Source: a virus
Lineage: Duplodnaviria; Caudoviricetes
Length of the DNA: 62,510 nt
Direction: 5' to 3' (one strand)
Virus record (IMG/VR): IMGVR_UViG_3300025570_000014
Span: 1 to 62,510 of that record
Shown: piece after piece, positions 39,658-49,160 of the stretch
How positions within the stretch are numbered: position 1 is the first letter of the stretch
Layout: every line of letters starts with the position of its first letter
Notes under the pieces: generated by a model
Databases searched by the model: none
Told to the model about the DNA's origin: nothing
Seen by the model: the letters and a program-made list of their open reading frames with translations, nothing else
Made by a program: the position numbers and the translations under genes

Positions 39658-40375
39658 TATTAAAGTTAATTTTAACTAGTTTATCTAATCCGGCGTTTAC
39701 ATGCATTTCATTCTCTAAAACAAGGTCAAAGTTAAATCTATCATCCAGTGGTAAAACTAGGTCAACTTGTGAGCCCCATCTTATAAGTGAAAAACGTTCA
39801 TTTTGTGATACAGGTGAATTCTGGTCATTAATGAAGGGAGCTATAACATTTACGTCCTCGTCTGCTATTTGGACTAAGTAATAAGTATAATCTAATTGTG
39901 GAGAGTAAATTTTATTCCACATTCTTTCATTATACTTAAGATATTCTAAATTATTAGGGTTAATAGCAGCATTTAAAATATCTTTTTCTATAGCTAACAT
40001 AGGTTTGTTAGTAGATTCTATAGGATCTAAACCTTTATATTGTAATATACCAGGGTAGGGTATTCTATTTATATGAACATCATAAAATGACATAAATATG
40101 CCAATTACAAGAGAAGGTTTATCGTAAGTTTTATCCCCAAGTACATCTTGAATTGTATAATTCATACCCTTAATTTCTACTATAGGGTCAGTAGCGTTTT
40201 GAACTACCTTTTGATATAAAATTGTTCCGTCGGCTGGGGAGTAAAAGTGTCTGTGGTCTACATAGTTAGGGCGCATTGGGTCTCTAAAAAAGAAAGTATT
40301 TGATAATTCACCTACTTCCAATTTTGATAATTCTGCAACCTCCCCCTCTAACCAGTCTTCTAAATATTGAGCCAT
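39626..40375 (-). CDS. Phosphatidylserine-decarboxylase-like pyruvoyl enzyme
   Basis: SPADG (Asp), FMSFYDVHINRIP (His) and WGSQV (GS self-cleavage site); no membrane anchor visible. Confidence 0.8.
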   Translation of the reverse strand: MAQYLEDWLEGEVAELSKLEVGELSNTFFFRDPMRPNYVDHRHFYSPADGTILYQKVVQNATDPIVEIKGMNYTIQDVLGDKTYDKPSLVIGIFMSFYDVHINRIPYPGILQYKGLDPIESTNKPMLAIEKDILNAAINPNNLEYLKYNERMWNKIYSPQLDYTYYLVQIADEDVNVIAPFINDQNSPVSQNERFSLIRWGSQVDLVLPLDDRFNFDLVLENEMHVNAGLDKLVKINFNNDPFQYDRRS

Positions 40376-41301
40376 TATAGGAGGGATTTATCGTAATCTA
40401 CATAATTCAAATGCATTATCATACAGCTTAACATAGCTCCTGACTTCATGTATTCTGAGATATTGAAAAATACTGGTTCGAGTCCTTCGTTAAAGCAGAT
40501 TTTTTCTAAGCTTTCAATTTTATGTTTTTCTGCTTCATAATTTTCATCTGCTCTAGTCATTTCAGAAATATTTGAAGCACATAAAATTGTGTTGCCCAAA
40601 CGTACTGAATTTGCCATTCCGTTAAGGGCGTCGTCACCTTCTATGTTTATTACGTCAGTATATTGTGATAATTCAGCTAATTCAACATCATCATATAGTT
40701 CCGTGCAAACCAATGTTTTTTCTTTAGTTAACGGGAAAATAGAACAATCTAAGTGGTATAGATATTCATCAACCATCTCAAGTTTAATGATTTTCATACC
40801 AAATTCTTTTTCCATCCATTCATAGGCTTGAATATCTGAGCGCATTCCATAACCCCCTACATAAACATTGTCATAGAGATATTTTAAATCTGCTTCACCT
40901 TCCCATTTAAAGGGACACATATGAACTTTATAACCCATGGATTCAAAAAATGGTTTTCCAACTTCTTCTTCCCCTTGTCGAGGTTCAGAAGTAAAGTTTG
41001 CCATAATAATATTATTTGAATCTTTAATATGAGGTAAATAAATACCTAAATTTGCTACATATACCAAATCTTGGAAATCTCCATCAGCGGGTAGTACATA
41101 AGCTAAGCTATTGCCTGCTACAAATTGATATAAATCTAAAAATTGACGATAAGCAGTTCCTTTATTTATTTTAAGTGCTTCTTCTTCCATTTCTTGCATC
41201 CAAATATTATTGGGGTTTGCAGTAGATAATGTGAAGGGAAAATTCATAACGAATGCCGGTATAGGCAGTTGTGAGGGGGTCTCTTTCATTTTATATAACA
41301 T
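40375..41301 (-). CDS. Amidinotransferase / DDAH / arginine-dihydrolase-family (pentein) enzyme
   Basis: DLVYVAN, WEGEAD, YHLDC and C-terminal KSGAMLSCM (catalytic Cys). Confidence 0.85.
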   Translation of the reverse strand: MLYKMKETPSQLPIPAFVMNFPFTLSTANPNNIWMQEMEEEALKINKGTAYRQFLDLYQFVAGNSLAYVLPADGDFQDLVYVANLGIYLPHIKDSNNIIMANFTSEPRQGEEEVGKPFFESMGYKVHMCPFKWEGEADLKYLYDNVYVGGYGMRSDIQAYEWMEKEFGMKIIKLEMVDEYLYHLDCSIFPLTKEKTLVCTELYDDVELAELSQYTDVINIEGDDALNGMANSVRLGNTILCASNISEMTRADENYEAEKHKIESLEKICFNEGLEPVFFNISEYMKSGAMLSCMIMHLNYVDYDKSLL

Positions 41302-41341
41302 TTTTAATTACGTGTATACATATAGTATACTACTAGAGAAT

Positions 41342-41368
41342 AAAAAAGCCCCGCATAAGCGGGGCTTT
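41342..41368 (-). terminator. Intrinsic terminator after the major capsid gene
   Basis: AAAGCCCCGC-UUAU-GCGGGGCUUU followed by a U run. Confidence 0.9.
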
Positions 41369-41392
41369 CTCTTAGTATATTCTAAAGTCTAA

Positions 41393-43030
41393 TTAGAGGG
41401 TATTCAAACCGTTCACATAGATCTTAGCATAGTATTCAGGTCTTAACATCTTCTTAGCATAGCGAGTCAAGAGGCCTTTACGTGGAGTGAAGGTCTGTGG
41501 ATCGTATACAAGAGGAGTCATGATCAATGGAATATAAGGAGCAAAAGTAGCACCTGTTTCCAAGAACTGAGAACCTCTAAATCCTAATAGGATAGTGTTT
41601 TCAGTCATATATGGGTTCTTATAAACATCAAACTTGGTGTTTAAGTTACCTACTTTTTGGATACCAAACGCGTAGTTCATAGTATCAGCATCCGCTCCAT
41701 CTGTAGCAGCAAATCCTGGGATTGATTCCAAGATAGTACCGATTGTTGGAGAACATACCATAAAGTTAGCGCCTCCTCTCAAAGTTAACTGGTGGATCTT
41801 GTTAGATACCTTGTTTAACTTAGTACCTAGAGTTTGGAACCATTGGCCTTGAGTATTATAGAAAGTACCATTGTTGGTTTCACCATTAGCATCAAATGTT
41901 TCATTGTTCCTAGCTGACCAGTAGTCAGTAGTAAGAGCATTTTCAATTAACATACCTAGGATCTCCAAATCAATTTCAAGAGCAATGTACTCACTCATGA
42001 TGCTTGTCAATTCAGCTTCAGCATCCAAAGAATGGTAAGCGTTCAAATCTTGAGCAAATTCTGGAGTCCATACAGCCTTAAGTTTCTTAGTCTTAGCAAC
42101 GATTGCTTCAGACTTCATCTTAATGTTGATTTCTGGGATATCGATCGGGTTGTTATTTCCGTTCAAAGTGGTGTTACCATCTTCGAAATCACCTCTTCGG
42201 TTATCCTGTGGTGCCTGTACATAAGTGATAGTAAAGGCAGTTGGGTCAGTGGCACCCGCGGTACCTTGAACGTATAAAACAATATCATTAGCACTTCCTG
42301 AGGCATAATTGTATTGAGGAATATTAACTCCAACACTAGTACCGTCTACAACGAATCCTCTAACACCATCAAGGTCTGGGAAGGCGAATGATGATGAGTT
42401 GAATACTAGTCTCTTTAAGGTACTAGCAGTTCCTGCAATAGAAGCAGATAACGCTGAGTCGAATCCAACTTCGGCCCATGAGGCTGAGCTGATACTCGCA
42501 GCGGTTGCAATTGGGCCTGATGAAGTTACATTGGTAGAGTAAGTCCACTTACCTGCACCGTATAAACCATCAGTAGGGGCACCCTCAGTGTTAGTAACAC
42601 CATACATAGAGCCTGCACCAAATACATCACCACCTACATTGAATTTAGAACCAGACTTAGCTGTTCCATATTGAAAATCGAGGAAGAAAACAAGTCCTGA
42701 AGGTAAGCTCATAGGTTGAACACTTACGAAATCTTTCGCAGCAATCATACCGAATACTTTTCTTACCAAAGGAAGAGCAACTCCTGCCCATTGTTCACCT
42801 GTTCCAGGAGTAAATGAAGCACCTGCTACACCACCACCAGTTTGTGAAGATTCAACAACAAGCTGTTTAGCTTGGTTTTCGAGAATCAAAGCCATATTGT
42901 TTTTGTCAGTCTCACTATTGAGTCCTTCTAACAATCCTGTCTGATTCCATTTGTTAGCTAATCTAGCGGAGTCCGATTGGACGTTTTTCCACTGATTTGC
43001 GCTCTCTAAAAGAGAATTTAAATTTGACAT
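41393..43030 (-). CDS. gp23: Major capsid protein (T4 gp23-like)
   Basis: LENQAKQL, VSVQPMSLPSGLVFFLDF, KLKAVWTPEFAQDLNAYHSLDAEAEL, APYIPL, FTPRKGLLTRY. Confidence 0.97.
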   Translation of the reverse strand: MSNLNSLLESANQWKNVQSDSARLANKWNQTGLLEGLNSETDKNNMALILENQAKQLVVESSQTGGGVAGASFTPGTGEQWAGVALPLVRKVFGMIAAKDFVSVQPMSLPSGLVFFLDFQYGTAKSGSKFNVGGDVFGAGSMYGVTNTEGAPTDGLYGAGKWTYSTNVTSSGPIATAASISSASWAEVGFDSALSASIAGTASTLKRLVFNSSSFAFPDLDGVRGFVVDGTSVGVNIPQYNYASGSANDIVLYVQGTAGATDPTAFTITYVQAPQDNRRGDFEDGNTTLNGNNNPIDIPEINIKMKSEAIVAKTKKLKAVWTPEFAQDLNAYHSLDAEAELTSIMSEYIALEIDLEILGMLIENALTTDYWSARNNETFDANGETNNGTFYNTQGQWFQTLGTKLNKVSNKIHQLTLRGGANFMVCSPTIGTILESIPGFAATDGADADTMNYAFGIQKVGNLNTKFDVYKNPYMTENTILLGFRGSQFLETGATFAPYIPLIMTPLVYDPQTFTPRKGLLTRYAKKMLRPEYYAKIYVNGLNTL

Positions 43031-43054
43031 TTTGTTTGTTTTTAAAGTTTAAAA

Positions 43055-44152
43055 TTAATTAATACCTGCTAATCTTTTAAAGCGTGACACCATAGCATCC
43101 TCTGGAATGATATTCTCAGTTAGAGGGCGTTTTGGAGCTACACCTGCAGGCTTGGAAGCCATACCCATTGCTTCTCTTATATTAGACTTAGGAGATTTAA
43201 CAACTAAGTTTTCGCTAAGAGTAGAATAAATAGCTTTAGCTTCTTTTACTGTTTCGGCTCTATCAAAAGCCTTTAAAACCTTAATTTTCTGATTTTCTGT
43301 TAAGGTTTTAGCCTTGAAAATCTTATTAGTATAGAGTAACTTGGAATTTAATAAATTGACTTCATTAAGTTCAGAACGTAAATGAGAAATTGCGGATTGG
43401 GATTCTTTAAGATCTTTTTCAAGCTTCTTCTTTTCATCAGCCTTTCCATCTAGATAGCCTTCTTCTTCGGCATCTGTTCTAGCATTTTCTTCCAATTCAA
43501 TTTCTTCAGTATCAGTAACATCAACTGTTACGTCTACATCTTCAATTTCCTCTTCGTCATCAACAAATTCAACAGCGTCTCCGCCTGCTTCTAAGTCGCC
43601 TGAGGATACCATGTCTTCGATTACATCTTCGATCATAGCTTTTAATTCCTCTTCACTCATATCGTCCAGATCAATTTCATCATCGTCCTCACCTGCTTCT
43701 TTGCCCTTTTCGTATTCAAACTTGTCTACGTCAGCGCGTTCAGCTTCTGATTCCTCTGATAAATCTTCCTTTTCGTCTTTCATGCCATCTAAATAGCCCT
43801 CTTCTTCGGCATCTGTTCTAGCATTCTCATCTAAACCTTCTAGCTCAGCTAGAATTTCATCAAGGTTGAATTCCTCATCGAGTTCCTCTTCCTCTTTGAT
43901 TTTTCGCATCTTCATAGTTTCGGCTTCCGCCTTATTATCGTAAGTGCGATCATCTCCTTCTGCCTTTTCTTTTTTAGTCATGTATTCTTTCTTTTCGTCG
44001 AGTTCCTCCATTTCGTGGATTTTCTCAGAAAGCATGTCTTTAAGATGAGGTGTGAAGGCTTCTTCTAAAGCTGCTTTCGCATTAGCGATAGCAGTTTCTC
44101 TGACAGCTTTTGCATCAGCAATAGCTTCTTCTAACAAATTTCTATTTGCCAT
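43055..44152 (-). CDS. Prohead scaffolding protein (gp22-like)
   Basis: Very acidic coiled-coil protein between protease and capsid genes, with many L-x-E sites. Confidence 0.8.
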   Translation of the reverse strand: MANRNLLEEAIADAKAVRETAIANAKAALEEAFTPHLKDMLSEKIHEMEELDEKKEYMTKKEKAEGDDRTYDNKAEAETMKMRKIKEEEELDEEFNLDEILAELEGLDENARTDAEEEGYLDGMKDEKEDLSEESEAERADVDKFEYEKGKEAGEDDDEIDLDDMSEEELKAMIEDVIEDMVSSGDLEAGGDAVEFVDDEEEIEDVDVTVDVTDTEEIELEENARTDAEEEGYLDGKADEKKKLEKDLKESQSAISHLRSELNEVNLLNSKLLYTNKIFKAKTLTENQKIKVLKAFDRAETVKEAKAIYSTLSENLVVKSPKSNIREAMGMASKPAGVAPKRPLTENIIPEDAMVSRFKRLAGIN

Positions 44153-44265
44153 TGTTCCTAAATTTTTTTGGAAAATACGCTTATTCTGTAGAAGCGTAAT
44201 AGTGATTAATAATTTAAATCAAATGTTGTATAGACTGACAACATATTCTTGTGATAAATATATAG

Positions 44266-44300
44266 AAAAAAAGAGAGACACAATTTCTTGCATCTCTCTT
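44266..44300 (-). terminator. Intrinsic terminator after the prohead protease gene
   Basis: AAGAGAGAUGCAA-GAAA-UUGUGUCUCUCUU followed by a U run. Confidence 0.85.
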
Positions 44301-44322
44301 ACTCTTCTATACCTAGAAAAAA

Positions 44323-44940
44323 TTATATAATAGGGCACTGTCCATTATTACAAAGGATCTCTGTAATAATTTCGTTTATTTTATGATATGTGTTGGGAAC
44401 CGTAGTAGAGGGGTCTAAACCTTCACTTATAGGGTGGACATATGCTCCTGGGGTAGAGGGAGTTGATACAAAATCCCAACATAGTAATTCGAAATCATCT
44501 TGTACTTCTTGGACTCCATTAGAATTAGGTTGTAAACTACCCATTCCTCTAGATGAAACACCGACTGTAATCCCGTTTCGGAATAACTCTGTTAGAATAT
44601 TACCTGATGGGGTGGGGAGGATTTCAATAGTGCCTACTACATCATCACCTTCCCAACGGATATTTTTTATATTATGTGAAACATTTTTTAAATTGATAAT
44701 AGAGGAATCAGGGTGATCTAATTCACCTAATGCTCTATTTTCTTTAATAGGACCATCAATATAGTTTTTTACTTCTCTTTCTAAAATTTCTCTAGGATAG
44801 TACCTACCATTACCGTTTTTTGTTTCGGCGGTTTGTAGTCTACCCTCAACTATTAAATTACCATTATCCGTTTTAAGGGCTTCGGTAATTGCTTGGGGTG
44901 CAATTTTAAAAAACTGAGTATCTATGAGGGTCTGTCTCAT
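44323..44940 (-). CDS. gp21: Prohead core protease (T4 gp21-like)
   Basis: KNGNGRYYP, ALGELDHP, VSH, TPSG, GVSSRGMGS, WDFVSTPSTPGA. Confidence 0.95.
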   Translation of the reverse strand: MRQTLIDTQFFKIAPQAITEALKTDNGNLIVEGRLQTAETKNGNGRYYPREILEREVKNYIDGPIKENRALGELDHPDSSIINLKNVSHNIKNIRWEGDDVVGTIEILPTPSGNILTELFRNGITVGVSSRGMGSLQPNSNGVQEVQDDFELLCWDFVSTPSTPGAYVHPISEGLDPSTTVPNTYHKINEIITEILCNNGQCPII

Positions 44941-45791
44941 TATCCCATAGTATTAGCGTCAGCCGTTACTTCCATTAACTTTTTTTCTAATAAAGCAACT
45001 TCTTTTTGGACTGATTGTACTGCTGATTGGTTAATGAATTCAGAAATAGATTCATCTTCGTTTACCATAAGAGCACTTTTTCTTTCAGCAATAGCTCTTT
45101 CGTAGATTTTAGCTTCAACTCTTTTTTTAGCTACTTCTCCTAGACGTTTTGCTTCTTTCATAATGTCTTTCATACCCATTCGGCCCTCTTTCTTAGCTTC
45201 TTTTTTCTTATCTTTCTTTTCGTCTTTCATGCCATCTAAATAGCCCTCTTCTTCGGCATCTGTTCTAGCATTCTCGGATAAATAAGCTTCAAATTTAGTT
45301 TCATAAGAGGTTTGTTTGCGTTCTGCAAATGGGTTTCCTATTGAGGGGATACCTGCTACTGCTTCTTCTAATAGTTCTTTTAATTGTTCGGACTTTTTCA
45401 TGTTATTTTCTTTTATATCTCCATAGCCGGAGGATTTATGTTCACCTTTAGGTTCTTCTTGTAATTTAGATTCTTCATAACCTATACCATCAACTTGAAA
45501 TGCTGCATTTTTCATATAGTATGTAGGGTCTTCTCCTAATTTTTTAACTACTATGTCTATAGCTTCATCTTTGTGGAGTTTAGGGTTTTGTCTAATTTCA
45601 AAAGATACCCCATTATGAAGCTGGCCAGGGTTTAGATTATTAAAAAGTTTATGGTCTTCATAATCCCACCCTTTAGTATCCTGCTCGTTTGCTTTTTTAG
45701 TAGCTTTCTTTTTAGTAGCTTTCTTTTTAGTAGATTTCGTTTCCGCTTCTGCTAAATAGTTTTTAAAATTATATATGATATTGCTTGACAT
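44940..45791 (-). CDS. Putative prohead core / internal head protein
   Basis: Charged; FKNYLAE leader; shares a 60-bp block with the scaffold gene. Confidence 0.6.
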   Translation of the reverse strand: MSSNIIYNFKNYLAEAETKSTKKKATKKKATKKANEQDTKGWDYEDHKLFNNLNPGQLHNGVSFEIRQNPKLHKDEAIDIVVKKLGEDPTYYMKNAAFQVDGIGYEESKLQEEPKGEHKSSGYGDIKENNMKKSEQLKELLEEAVAGIPSIGNPFAERKQTSYETKFEAYLSENARTDAEEEGYLDGMKDEKKDKKKEAKKEGRMGMKDIMKEAKRLGEVAKKRVEAKIYERAIAERKSALMVNEDESISEFINQSAVQSVQKEVALLEKKLMEVTADANTMG

Positions 45792-45802
45792 GGTGATAAA
45801 TA

Positions 45803-46330
45803 TTAATCTTTATACAAATCTATATAATCAACGGCTTTAGATTTTTTTCTAAGTTCTTTTTGATTAACGGGTTTGTATCCTATTGAGGTGTATTGAGAGG
45901 TATTGGCTTTACCAAACGCATAAGGAGTATTGTACCCCATTCCTGCCATTTCTTTAATGCTACTTTTTACTAAGGAGTATTGATCCGGATAATTTTTTCT
46001 AAAATAAGTCCTAAATGAGTTAAATGTATCAATTACTTGGTTAGCTTCTTTTTGAAAGGGTACATCTCCTTTTAAATCGGGGCTTGAATAAAGGGATTTA
46101 GCTGAGTTTTTGGCTTGTCCTAGATTTTTATATAAGTCAACAAAACTAGCTAAACGCAATACTAGATGTTCTTTGCCTCCTCCTTCTGATTTATATTTGG
46201 GGTTATATTTGTAATAAGTAGCTAAGTTCGGGCTAAAGAAATCTTCTTCAACATTAACTTCCCCATACCGATCTTCAACCCTTTTAAGGAATTCAGGTGA
46301 TAAATCTTTAGGTTTAATAATTTCAGCCAT
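45803..46330 (-). CDS. Hypothetical protein (head cluster)
   Basis: Start overlaps upstream stop; C-terminal IKE...YNTPYAF. Confidence 0.65.
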   Translation of the reverse strand: MAEIIKPKDLSPEFLKRVEDRYGEVNVEEDFFSPNLATYYKYNPKYKSEGGGKEHLVLRLASFVDLYKNLGQAKNSAKSLYSSPDLKGDVPFQKEANQVIDTFNSFRTYFRKNYPDQYSLVKSSIKEMAGMGYNTPYAFGKANTSQYTSIGYKPVNQKELRKKSKAVDYIDLYKD

Positions 46331-47187
46331 TATTTAGTTGTTTTAGATAATTCCTCAGTTAATTCATAATACTGTAGGAGGTTAATTAAATCATTATTGT
46401 TAATTCTTGAACCTTTATCTATTTCTTTAAGCAATTTTACTACTTCCAACAATTTAATTTTAGTAACACTATCTTCTACTTTTTCAGCTTGAGTATTTAG
46501 TGTCACTTTCACTTCAGCAATTTTAGTATTATATATTTCTTTTAAACGTGGAGTATTATCAATAGAGTTAATGAATTCTCTAAGAATTTCTTTTTGCCCT
46601 TCATTTAAATTAGAGTATTTACCATTAAATTTTTCAAGCATTACTTTGTAAGTAAGAATTCTTAAATCTTTATCATACTTACCAAATTCTTCTATTAAGT
46701 TTTCTTTAACTTTTTTTTCATTTACTATTTTTTCTGTTAAGTTTTCTAATATAGTTACTTTATTAGAAATAATTTCATCAGTTTCAGATAGTTTGTCTGA
46801 GTTGTAGATTTCTACTAATTTATATAATGCAGCGTATCCTTTATAATTAGGAACTTGGTGTTTAAAAAATTCCTCTAAATTATAATTTTTACGAATCTCG
46901 TTTATTAAATTGTATTTTTCCCTTCTTAAGGTACTCCTATTTAATTTTCGAGCAGCTTCTAATACAGTATTTAGTGTAATTTCAGCTTTGGTTTCACTAA
47001 TATTTTTATTTTTAAATAAAGTTTCGTAAAGTTTATATTCTTTTCCTAATTCAGTCTTAGCAAATGATTTTTTTAGAATTTTAAGTGAGGCAGATTCACC
47101 TCCTGATAGGGCATCAGCAGTTATCTGTCTTACTAAAAGCTCAAATAAAAGGCCGGTGTTTTTATACTTAGAATGTTTGATTCTCAT
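46330..47187 (-). CDS. Hypothetical helical protein downstream of the portal
   Basis: MRIKHSKYKNTGLLFELLVRQIT; late motif at 47202-47208. Confidence 0.7.
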   Translation of the reverse strand: MRIKHSKYKNTGLLFELLVRQITADALSGGESASLKILKKSFAKTELGKEYKLYETLFKNKNISETKAEITLNTVLEAARKLNRSTLRREKYNLINEIRKNYNLEEFFKHQVPNYKGYAALYKLVEIYNSDKLSETDEIISNKVTILENLTEKIVNEKKVKENLIEEFGKYDKDLRILTYKVMLEKFNGKYSNLNEGQKEILREFINSIDNTPRLKEIYNTKIAEVKVTLNTQAEKVEDSVTKIKLLEVVKLLKEIDKGSRINNNDLINLLQYYELTEELSKTTK

Positions 47188-47219
47188 CGATGGGCTTTTT
47201 TATAAATATATAAAGATTT

Positions 47220-49121
47220 TCACTCCTTTAAGTTACCTTCATCTAATAATGACTCATCTTGCTCAAATACTAATTGTTTGCGATTAACAGGTATTTTTTT
47301 AAGCATATCTTTATTCTGCAGATATGTTGTTTTGGCTTCTAAAGCTAAAGGAGAATTTCCTTTATATGTAGATTTTCTAGAATCAGACTCATTTTCAACA
47401 CCTTTCATAGCCTTTACACCTAATCTATCTTTACCAAAGGCGTTATCTTGAGTATTACGATTTGATGAATTTTCTTTGGGTCTGCCTAGATCACTTTGAT
47501 TATAATCAGTAGGTACATTATCAGGTTCATCATAATATCTACCTTTACCATACATAGTAGCTAAATCATGTGGAGTACCATATGAAGCTCCGGTTTCTTG
47601 AGGATCGTTTCCTTCGGTTTCGATTTGCGCGTTACGGAAGGCACGTTTAGCATCCTCTCTAACCAAATCTCTAAATTCTACATACTCATCTTCACTCATA
47701 TCAAACAGGTGATCATAAATAAAGTCTGTAGGGAATAGCTTAGTCTCCATCATTTGAGCTGCTAAGTCCATTTTTTCTTTCATTAATACAACTCTCTCCT
47801 GTTCATAAATGATAGAAGGTATAGTTAAATTAAGTTCGAAATTTGTTAATTCTTCCCCATCATAACCTTGGGTGTAGAGGTGAACAACTGCAATTTTATA
47901 TAATTCTGAGAGAACGATCTTTTGGATACGTTCTACAGTGCGTGCAAATCTAATATCTTCTGATGCTAAAGTTGCTTTACCTCCTGTGTTTTCATCATAT
48001 CCTAAAAATGCCTTTGGTACTTTAAGAGCTGCAAATAATTTATCTCTTAAGTATTCAACGTCTTGAATTCCATCATATTGTAAGCCTGGGGTGGTATCAA
48101 TTTTAGTAGTGGTGTCATTACCTCTCATAGGAATATAAAAATCCTCTAACATGTTTTGCATGTTATATTTGAGATTATAGTCCCCAGTTTCTTGATCCAT
48201 ATAGGGAGTGCGTTTCATTTTTGAAATAGTCTTCTGCATGAAGTTTTCTATTTCAGCAGGTGGTATAGCTCCTACATTTATATAAAAAATACGTTTTTCA
48301 GGTGCTCTTACAATTCTATGTACTAACATAGCATCCTCCATTAAAACATACTGTTTAAAGAGTTTACGTGCGGGTTCTATGTAGCTTCTACCATATGGGA
48401 GGTAGTTTACATCTGAGAGTAGTCTAAAGTGGGCAATTTCATAATTGTCAAAGTAAATAGCATTCCGATTGTTATAGTCTGAAGTTGAGGTTGAGGTTCC
48501 ATAGTAACCCCCGTATTCACCACCCCCACTTAACCCATCAGGATCAAATTTAAATTTGACTTCTACATCATGTTTATTTTCTCCAATTTTTTCTTCTCTT
48601 ATGATATTATAAGCAGTATAAGGTATAACATTATATACACCAAATTTATCTGCTATTTCCAATTTAAGAAAAAAGTCACCATACTTACACATTTGGCGAA
48701 CCCACATCCATAAATTAAATTCTATATTTAATACATCATAAAATAAATTATATAGAATTTTTTGTAAATGCTCATCAGAACTTTTTATTTGGATCACCTC
48801 ACCCATTGAATTTTTAAGAGTGGATTCATCAGCTATTATATCAAGGGCTGATGCTACTATAGCATCAGTATCCATAGCTTCGTAATCCCTATAAAGTTGT
48901 GGTCTAAGGGTTTGGTAATTTATTCCAGGGTTGTAAATTCCTATTGAGTTAGTAGTATACAAACGATTGTACCTATCAACCATGGAATTAGTTTCTAATT
49001 GACCTGCTTGTTGAAATTCATCAAAGTCTAAAACTTTAAGTTGATTTCCTCCGGTATTGCGGATTATTACATCCGTAGAGAATAATCTCTTTAATCTTGT
49101 AAATATGCTTGTATCGGCCAT
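47220..49121 (-). CDS. gp20: Portal protein (T4 gp20-like)
   Basis: MEDAMLVHRIVRAPEKRIFYINVG, LEDFYIPMRG, LFAALKVPKAFL, EDIRFARTVERIQ. Confidence 0.95.
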   Translation of the reverse strand: MADTSIFTRLKRLFSTDVIIRNTGGNQLKVLDFDEFQQAGQLETNSMVDRYNRLYTTNSIGIYNPGINYQTLRPQLYRDYEAMDTDAIVASALDIIADESTLKNSMGEVIQIKSSDEHLQKILYNLFYDVLNIEFNLWMWVRQMCKYGDFFLKLEIADKFGVYNVIPYTAYNIIREEKIGENKHDVEVKFKFDPDGLSGGGEYGGYYGTSTSTSDYNNRNAIYFDNYEIAHFRLLSDVNYLPYGRSYIEPARKLFKQYVLMEDAMLVHRIVRAPEKRIFYINVGAIPPAEIENFMQKTISKMKRTPYMDQETGDYNLKYNMQNMLEDFYIPMRGNDTTTKIDTTPGLQYDGIQDVEYLRDKLFAALKVPKAFLGYDENTGGKATLASEDIRFARTVERIQKIVLSELYKIAVVHLYTQGYDGEELTNFELNLTIPSIIYEQERVVLMKEKMDLAAQMMETKLFPTDFIYDHLFDMSEDEYVEFRDLVREDAKRAFRNAQIETEGNDPQETGASYGTPHDLATMYGKGRYYDEPDNVPTDYNQSDLGRPKENSSNRNTQDNAFGKDRLGVKAMKGVENESDSRKSTYKGNSPLALEAKTTYLQNKDMLKKIPVNRKQLVFEQDESLLDEGNLKE

Positions 49122-49128
49122 AGTATAT

Positions 49129-49160
49129 TAAATATACGAATAAATATTACAAAAGCCAAC
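49129..49160 (-). promoter_or_regulatory. Composite promoter before the portal: host-type GTTG-N20-TATATTTA overlapping a TATTTAT late motif
   Basis: Plus strand TAAATATACGAATAAATATT at 49129-49148; CAAC at 49157-49160. Confidence 0.55.

Larger units (their letters stand above)
43446..45275. repeat. Dispersed coding repeat (ENARTDAEEEGYLDG...): perfect 60-bp copies at 43769-43828 and 45216-45275, diverged copy at 43446-43489
   Basis: cttttcgtctttcatgccatctaaatagccctcttcttcggcatctgttctagcattctc is identical at both sites. Confidence 0.95.
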
